From an uncultured bacterium (GTDB taxonomy: Bacteria; Patescibacteriota; Minisyncoccia; Phycocordibacterales; CAJXDB01), in the NCBI GenBank assembly GCA_913052285.1, contig CAJXDB010000001.1, forward strand, positions 1-29,448: a DNA stretch of 29,448 nt. Direction: 5' to 3'. A program made the position numbers and the translations under genes. Positions within the stretch are counted from its first letter, which is position 1. The number at the start of each line of letters is the position of its first letter. The notes under the pieces are model-generated. The model worked only from the letters and a program-made list of their open reading frames with translations. It ran no database searches and was not told the DNA's origin. Positions 24,967 through 29,448 of the stretch are shown here, piece by piece.

Positions 24967-25941
24967 ATGACACGGACAAAAGTCGGAGTCCTTAGAGGCG
25001 GACCAAATACGGAATTTGAAGTATCTCTTGAAACCGGAAAGAGTGTACTTGAGAACATGCCTTCAGATAGGTACGAGGGACTCGATATTTTTATAGATAG
25101 GGAAGGAGAATGGCATGTGCGTGGTAAACCCGTAAAGCCAGTTGATGCATTACGCGGAGTAGATGTTGTGTTTAATGCCATGCATGGTCCATATGGAGAG
25201 GATGGAATCGTGCAGAAACTTCTGGACAAATTCAATATTCCATATAATGGATCAGGCGCTCTTGCTTCTGCTGTGAGTATGAACAAGCTTCTTGCTAAAC
25301 AGCGCGCGGAGGCAATTGGAATGCAGACACCACAGTATGTCATTCTTGAAGTTAGTCCAAATCTTGAGCAGACACTTTCAGATATTTTTAGAACATTTCC
25401 ACAGCCGACAGTAGTAAAGCCTATTTCTTGTGGCTCTTCAGTTGGAGTTACCATTGCGCATGGATATAAGAATTTGATTCAGGGTGTGGAGCGTGCGTTT
25501 GAGCATTGCCCAAAGGTTATAGTTGAGGAATATATACCGGGGAGAGAGGCAACCGTGGGTGTCATTGAAGACTTTCGAGATCAGGAAATATATGCGCTTC
25601 CACCAATTGAAATTATTCCTCCAACAAATAAAGATTTTTTTGATTATGATGCTAAGTACGGAGGTGAATCGCAGGAAATTTGTCCGGGTAATTTTGATAA
25701 AGAAGTAACAGGTCAGCTTGAAAATCTTGCTCGGGAAATTCATAAACACCTTGATCTTAGGCATTACTCACGGTCGGATTTCAGAATTTCCCCGAAAGGC
25801 ATTTATTTCCTTGAAGTGAATACACTTCCGGGATTGACGGAAGGATCACTTTTGCCAAAAGCTGTTTCAGCGGTCGGATCAAGTCAGTCTGAATTTATAG
25901 ACCACGTCATCTCTCTTGCCCTCACACCAACCAGAACGTAG
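24967..25941 (+). CDS. ddl: D-alanine--D-alanine ligase
   Basis: GG-x-x-x-E-x-EVSL-x-TG, MHGPYGEDG, GSS-x-GV, VEEYIPGRE, YDAKY, SRSDF, LEVNTLPGLT-x-x-SLLP. Confidence 0.96.
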   Translation: MTRTKVGVLRGGPNTEFEVSLETGKSVLENMPSDRYEGLDIFIDREGEWHVRGKPVKPVDALRGVDVVFNAMHGPYGEDGIVQKLLDKFNIPYNGSGALASAVSMNKLLAKQRAEAIGMQTPQYVILEVSPNLEQTLSDIFRTFPQPTVVKPISCGSSVGVTIAHGYKNLIQGVERAFEHCPKVIVEEYIPGREATVGVIEDFRDQEIYALPPIEIIPPTNKDFFDYDAKYGGESQEICPGNFDKEVTGQLENLAREIHKHLDLRHYSRSDFRISPKGIYFLEVNTLPGLTEGSLLPKAVSAVGSSQSEFIDHVISLALTPTRT

Positions 25942-25988
25942 TTTTTTGTCGCAATAGTGACTGAGAGACTTTATGTTGTTGCTACTGA

Positions 25989-25997
25989 TGGTATAAT
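25989..25997 (+). promoter_or_regulatory. Extended -10 promoter of the endonuclease gene (leaderless)
   Basis: TGGTATAAT, 6 nt before ATG 26004. Confidence 0.6.
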
Positions 25998-26003
25998 AAA
26001 TTC

Positions 26004-26411
26004 ATGCTGAAGAAACATCAGGGGACTGTTGGAGTGTTGCGTGTAGCGCACGCTTATCAGTTGTTAGAGTATAATGTCCTACTTCCATTTGGTGATTCAC
26101 AAAAATATGATCTTGTTATTGAAAAAGGTGGTGAATTGAAAAGGGTTCAGGTGAAAACGGCGACTGAGAAAAATGGAGTAGTGTATGCGGATACAAGGGT
26201 TATAGGTCACAACCTAAAGGGTGTTAATATTTATCACCCGACGAAAGAAGATTTTGACATTCTTGCTGTTGTTGAAATGGAAACTCAAAATGTGTATGCT
26301 ATACCCTTTGATGGGAATAGAAAACAATTTCATTTCCGAACAAAAAAGACCAAGAATAACCAGCAAAAAAATGTTAGGCTAGCAAGTGAATACCTATTAT
26401 TGGGCCCGTAG
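26004..26411 (+). CDS. Free-standing PD-(D/E)XK endonuclease, group I intron-associated family (PDDEXK_5, I-Ssp6803I-like)
   Basis: V-x-x-PFGD-x-x-x-YDLV...RVQVKTA, DFD-x-x-AV, Y-x-IP, C-terminal KNNQ-x-K-x-V-x-x-A-x-EY; stop codon lies inside tRNA-Ala. Confidence 0.8.
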   Translation: MLKKHQGTVGVLRVAHAYQLLEYNVLLPFGDSQKYDLVIEKGGELKRVQVKTATEKNGVVYADTRVIGHNLKGVNIYHPTKEDFDILAVVEMETQNVYAIPFDGNRKQFHFRTKKTKNNQQKNVRLASEYLLLGP

Positions 26412-26475
26412 CTCAGTTGGCTAGAGCACCGGTTTTGCACTCCGGAGGTCGCAGGTTCGATTCCTGTCGGGTCCA
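26402..26475 (+). tRNA. tRNA-Ala(TGC)
   Basis: Acceptor GGGCCCG/CGGGTCC with the G3:U70 alanine determinant, D stem GCTC/GAGC, anticodon TGC at 26436-26438, T loop TTCGATT; no intron; CCA not encoded. Confidence 0.95.
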
Positions 26476-26619
26476 CAACAAAAGAAAGAACTCGCACAAA
26501 GCGAGTTCTTTCTTTTGAGCACAGGAGTCACATATAGCGGGCATGACTCCTCCTGATTGAAGCACGCCATCTTTTTCCTTATTGCATTCGGTGCAAGTGA
26601 AAGTTATATGTACAGCCAT
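26413..26619 (-). CDS. Possible small zinc-ribbon protein whose frame runs antisense through tRNA-Ala
   Basis: AAGGTGA SD-like site; CTEC-x17-CDSC; the C-terminal part is the reverse translation of the terminator and the tRNA. Confidence 0.4.
   Translation of the reverse strand: MAVHITFTCTECNKEKDGVLQSGGVMPAICDSCAQKKELALCEFFLLLWTRQESNLRPPECKTGALAN
26479..26517. terminator. Terminator downstream of tRNA-Ala
   Basis: 17-bp perfect stem CAAAAGAAAGAACTCGC/GCGAGTTCTTTCTTTTG. Confidence 0.75.
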
Positions 26620-26765
26620 AATTTTCTCACCTTCGGTTATGTGTTACGTCTGTGCGTAATATACACACAATGTCTAAATGGAGCAATTGTGCCAGTTTAA
26701 ATTGGATTCAGATGTACTGGGCTAGTATATATGCAAATTTTCCCATTATGGTAGTATTGCCACAT

Positions 26766-26927
26766 ATGGAAGAAAACATAATTGGGTACTGCGTGAAGTG
26801 CAAGGAGAAGCGTGAGATGAAGGACGTAGAGAAGACCGAAATCAAGCCCGGTCGTCCTGCGGCCAAGGGTACGTGCACTACATGCGGAACAGGGATGTAT
26901 AAGATACTCCCAAAGAGCGAGGCTTAA
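26766..26927 (+). CDS. Small basic C4 zinc-ribbon protein, DUF5679-like (53 aa)
   Basis: YCVKCKEKREMK...GRPA-x-KGTCTTCGT-x-MYKI; start at ATG 26766 after TGGTAGTAT. Confidence 0.8.
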   Translation: MEENIIGYCVKCKEKREMKDVEKTEIKPGRPAAKGTCTTCGTGMYKILPKSEA

Positions 26928-26944
26928 GCTTTTTAGACAAATAA

Positions 26945-26982
26945 AACAAACACCTCATATGGTTCCATATGAGGTGTTTGTT
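26945..26982. terminator. Bidirectional terminator-like hairpin
   Basis: 18-bp perfect stem AACAAACACCTCATATGG/CCATATGAGGTGTTTGTT between convergent small genes. Confidence 0.7.
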
Positions 26983-27112
26983 ATGGACTGATTTGAATAG
27001 AAGGACCTGATTTTGTAGGGGTTGATTCGAAATTGTATGTTTGCCCTATATATATACCTAAAGCAAACACCCCAACAAGGATTATAATCTGTACTGCGAA
27101 CCGTCCAATCAT
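26981..27112 (-). CDS. Putative 43-aa single-TM microprotein (absent from ORF track)
   Basis: MIGRFAVQIIILVGVFALGIYIGQTYNFESTPTKSGPSIQISP; TTGACG-16 nt-TATTAT-6 nt-ATG upstream; ends at the terminator. Confidence 0.6.
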   Translation of the reverse strand: MIGRFAVQIIILVGVFALGIYIGQTYNFESTPTKSGPSIQISP

Positions 27113-27226
27113 GGTCTTATAATATAGCAGTGTGCTTATACGTCAAAGAGTGCCTATTTATCCACTTTGCACAATGCGAATGCCTACGTATTGTATTGGT
27201 AGGTCCTTTTTAGCGTGAGGTATATT

Positions 27227-27379
27227 ATGGTCGTGGTAGAAGCACTTGCGGAGTTCCTTTCCATGATTGTAGGAAAAATATCTGTATGGTTCCTTGTCGC
27301 TATCCTAGCGGGTTGTGGTCTATTTCTTCTATTTCGTGTTGCCAAAGCTAAGGAGAGAGGAGAAAAGAAGAAGGGGTGA
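27227..27379 (+). CDS. Putative 50-aa single-TM microprotein (absent from ORF track)
   Basis: MVVVEALAEFLSMIVGKISVWFLVAILAGCGLFLLFRVAKAKERGEKKKG; GAGGT SD; basic tail; terminator downstream. Confidence 0.6.
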   Translation: MVVVEALAEFLSMIVGKISVWFLVAILAGCGLFLLFRVAKAKERGEKKKG

Positions 27380-27423
27380 ATATAAGCACAAGCAAACTCG
27401 TAAAAAAGATTCGGAAAGCACTC

Positions 27424-27445
27424 AGCCGCCCTAGGGCGGCTTTTT
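27424..27445 (+). terminator. Intrinsic terminator
   Basis: AGCCGCCC-TA-GGGCGGCT followed by a T-run. Confidence 0.75.
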
Positions 27446-27459
27446 GTTGTGCACGATCT

Positions 27460-27495
27460 GTTGAATCTTTACGCGTGACCGCGTAAAGATTCAAC
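27460..27495. repeat. Perfect 16-bp-stem hairpin
   Basis: GTTGAATCTTTACGCG-TGAC-CGCGTAAAGATTCAAC. Confidence 0.75.
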
Positions 27496-27598
27496 TATAC
27501 ATGTGTCTAGGCGTCAAAGATTATGGTTATACACTTTGTATAACACCGCTATTCAAGTATTCTACAATAAGTAGATCTTCAACTGTTTGAGGTGTGTA

Positions 27599-27814
27599 AT
27601 GGCCTTTTGGATTGGATATCCCGCGCTCGTTGCCATTATGGTGGTTTTATTTTTTCTGTCTGGTTTAGGTAAACGACAGCGACCAGTTAAAAAATGGGAA
27701 AAACTTGAATGGGACCATATGGTAAAAACTACCCTTGGAACCGGGCTTGTCCTAGTCTGTGTCATTCCAGTTATTGCTGGAATAAACGAGCTCATAAAAC
27801 TATGGTCGTCGTGA
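27599..27814 (+). CDS. Small two-TM hypothetical membrane protein (71 aa)
   Basis: GAGGT SD before ATG 27599; two hydrophobic segments joined by a basic loop. Confidence 0.6.
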   Translation: MAFWIGYPALVAIMVVLFFLSGLGKRQRPVKKWEKLEWDHMVKTTLGTGLVLVCVIPVIAGINELIKLWSS

Positions 27815-27835
27815 GACGGCCTTTCTGTTTCCTAT

Positions 27836-27861
27836 AAAAAACCACCCGGATTACCGGGTGG
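27836..27861 (-). terminator. Minus-strand intrinsic terminator
   Basis: CCACCCGG-TAAT-CCGGGTGG followed by a T-run on the minus strand only. Confidence 0.6.
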
Positions 27862-27950
27862 GTGGAACACCGGAGTCGAATCTGTGCAGGGATATACCAA
27901 CTCCGACTCCGGTGCCGCGGCCGTTGTAGGAGGAAACCATTAACAACCAC
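27836..27950 (-). ncRNA. Candidate structured small RNA
   Basis: TATACT at 27962-27957, two hairpins and a minus-strand terminator in a region with no long minus-strand ORF. Confidence 0.3.
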
Positions 27951-27995
27951 GCCACAAGTATACTATTTGCTCATGCAAGTGCATATGCTAAACTG

Positions 27996-28742
27996 ATGTC
28001 GCTAATGGAGGAGGGTATACACATAGCGTTATCTGCCGAGAAGATTACCGAAGTATTCGGTATTCCGATCACAAACACCCTCATTACGAGCTGGATCGTG
28101 ATGGGGATTCTTGCTGTTATTGCAGTTATTTTAGGGCGAAATCTTGCAATGGTTCCAAATAAATTTCAACTTCTGTTTGAAACCGGATTTGGTTTCATTC
28201 TTAACTACATGGAAGAGACTCTTGAAAGCCGAAAGCTTGCAATCAAATTCTTTCCGCTTATCATGACGCTGTTCTTATTTATTTTTGCTGCAAATGTGCT
28301 TGAGTTTACACCGGGAATTGGAAGCATCGGCTTATATCATGAAGGGGAGTTTACGCCGCTTCTTAGGTCAGTAAATACCGATCTTAATGTCACTTTAGCT
28401 CTAACACTTATCTCATTTTTTGTTATTGAGTTTGCTGGAGTTGCGGCATTGGGGTTCTTGAAATACGCAAAAAGATTTGTTAATGTACGGTCAGTTCTTG
28501 GTTTTTTCATTGGTCTTATAGAGCTTGTAAGTGAAATTGCACGCCTCATCTCATTCTCCTTCCGACTATTTGGAAACATTTTTGCCGGGGAGGTACTTAT
28601 TTTGGTGGCGGCTTTTTTTGTGCCACTTTTTATACCGGTACCACTCATGCTTTTTGAGGTCTTTGTAGGGTTTATACAGGCCGCAATCTTTGCGCTTTTG
28701 ACGCTATTTTTCATAAAGATTGCGGTAACCGACACCCACTGA
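27996..28742 (+). CDS. atpB: F0F1 ATP synthase subunit a
   Basis: VP-x-x-x-Q, DLNVTLAL, SFSFRLFGNIFAGE (essential Arg), FVGFIQAAIF. Start 27996 or 28005. Confidence 0.97.
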   Translation: MSLMEEGIHIALSAEKITEVFGIPITNTLITSWIVMGILAVIAVILGRNLAMVPNKFQLLFETGFGFILNYMEETLESRKLAIKFFPLIMTLFLFIFAANVLEFTPGIGSIGLYHEGEFTPLLRSVNTDLNVTLALTLISFFVIEFAGVAALGFLKYAKRFVNVRSVLGFFIGLIELVSEIARLISFSFRLFGNIFAGEVLILVAAFFVPLFIPVPLMLFEVFVGFIQAAIFALLTLFFIKIAVTDTH

Positions 28743-28757
28743 TTATTAGTTATATAA

Positions 28758-28994
<237 letters not shown>

Positions 28995-29003
28995 GCATCA
29001 CCA

Positions 29004-29448
29004 ATGGAAGAAATCTTTTCTGTATTTGGCGTTGACTGGAGACTGTTAGTTATTCAGACGATTAATTTCGGAGTATTGCTGGCGGTGCTTTGGTATTTTT
29101 TGTATCGGCCGGTTGTGCGCCTCCTTGAAGAGCGTCGAAAAAAAATTGAACAAGGGGTAAAAGATTCGGAAGAGGCAGCGCTTGAACGCGCGTCTGTTCA
29201 GGACGAGCGTATAAAAACAATTACCAAAGCAACACAGGAAGCTGAACAAATTGTTTCTGGAGCCCGAGAACACGGTAAAGAGCAAGGAAGCGAACTTATT
29301 AAAAATGCAGAGCAGAAAAGTGACCAAATACTAAACGATGCGCGAGCACGCGGAGAAGAGGAGCGAAAGCAGGCGCTTTCAAAAAGTGAAGAGGAGATAG
29401 CTCGCATGGCTGTATTATCTGCAGAAAAGATTCTTCGACAAAACTCAG
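29004..29448 (+). CDS. atpF: F0F1 ATP synthase subunit b (runs off the window)
   Basis: Read manually from ATG 29004: MEEIFSVFGVDWRLLVIQTINFGVLLAVLWYFLYRPVVRLLEERRKKIEQG..., then a coiled coil. Confidence 0.95.
   Translation, partial: MEEIFSVFGVDWRLLVIQTINFGVLLAVLWYFLYRPVVRLLEERRKKIEQGVKDSEEAALERASVQDERIKTITKATQEAEQIVSGAREHGKEQGSELIKNAEQKSDQILNDARARGEEERKQALSKSEEEIARMAVLSAEKILRQNS

Noticed and set aside
27558-27576. TCTAC-AATAA-GTAGAT resembling the Cas12a repeat stem
   Set aside because: Single copy with no spacers or cas genes, lacks the AATT 5' pseudoknot bases, and a 5-bp stem is easily chance.
27862-27886. Minus-strand CAGATTCGACTCCGGTGTTCCACC resembling a tRNA T arm and 3' end (possible att site or tmRNA end)
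   Set aside because: The T stem does not pair, no D or anticodon arm can be built, and it is inverted relative to tRNA-Ala, so it is not a direct att repeat.
26004-27990. Integrated prophage or genomic island at tRNA-Ala
   Set aside because: No integrase, phage structural genes or duplicated tRNA 3' end was found.

Overview
A 29.4-kb chromosomal segment, most likely from a Patescibacteria/CPR (Parcubacteria-like) genome. This is an inference from compact housekeeping proteins, few Shine-Dalgarno sites and TGA used as stop (code 11). Core genes: parB, rel, topA, dprA, serS, ftsQ-like, dus, dnaX, uvrB, uvrA, uvrC, ddl, the start of the atp operon (atpB, atpE, partial atpF), tRNA-Gln(TTG) and tRNA-Ala(TGC). 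A run of membrane-anchored exported proteins lies at 11.3-17.3 kb. No CRISPR array, rRNA, integrase or transposase was seen. Most notable observations: (1) a free-standing PD-(D/E)XK homing-type endonuclease gene whose last codons and stop codon lie inside tRNA-Ala, so tRNA 5' processing would remove the stop codon from its mRNA; (2) several families of short palindromic mini-repeats, with copies inserted in frame in topA, dus and probably uvrB; (3) a reduced excision-repair set, with UvrA lacking its insertion domain and UvrC lacking all cysteines and its HhH domain; (4) many core genes that look leaderless while orphan ORFs carry SD sites; (5) a cluster of unannotated microproteins and a candidate small RNA with an anti-SD loop before the atp operon. 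Family assignments rest on motif recognition by eye, not database searches.
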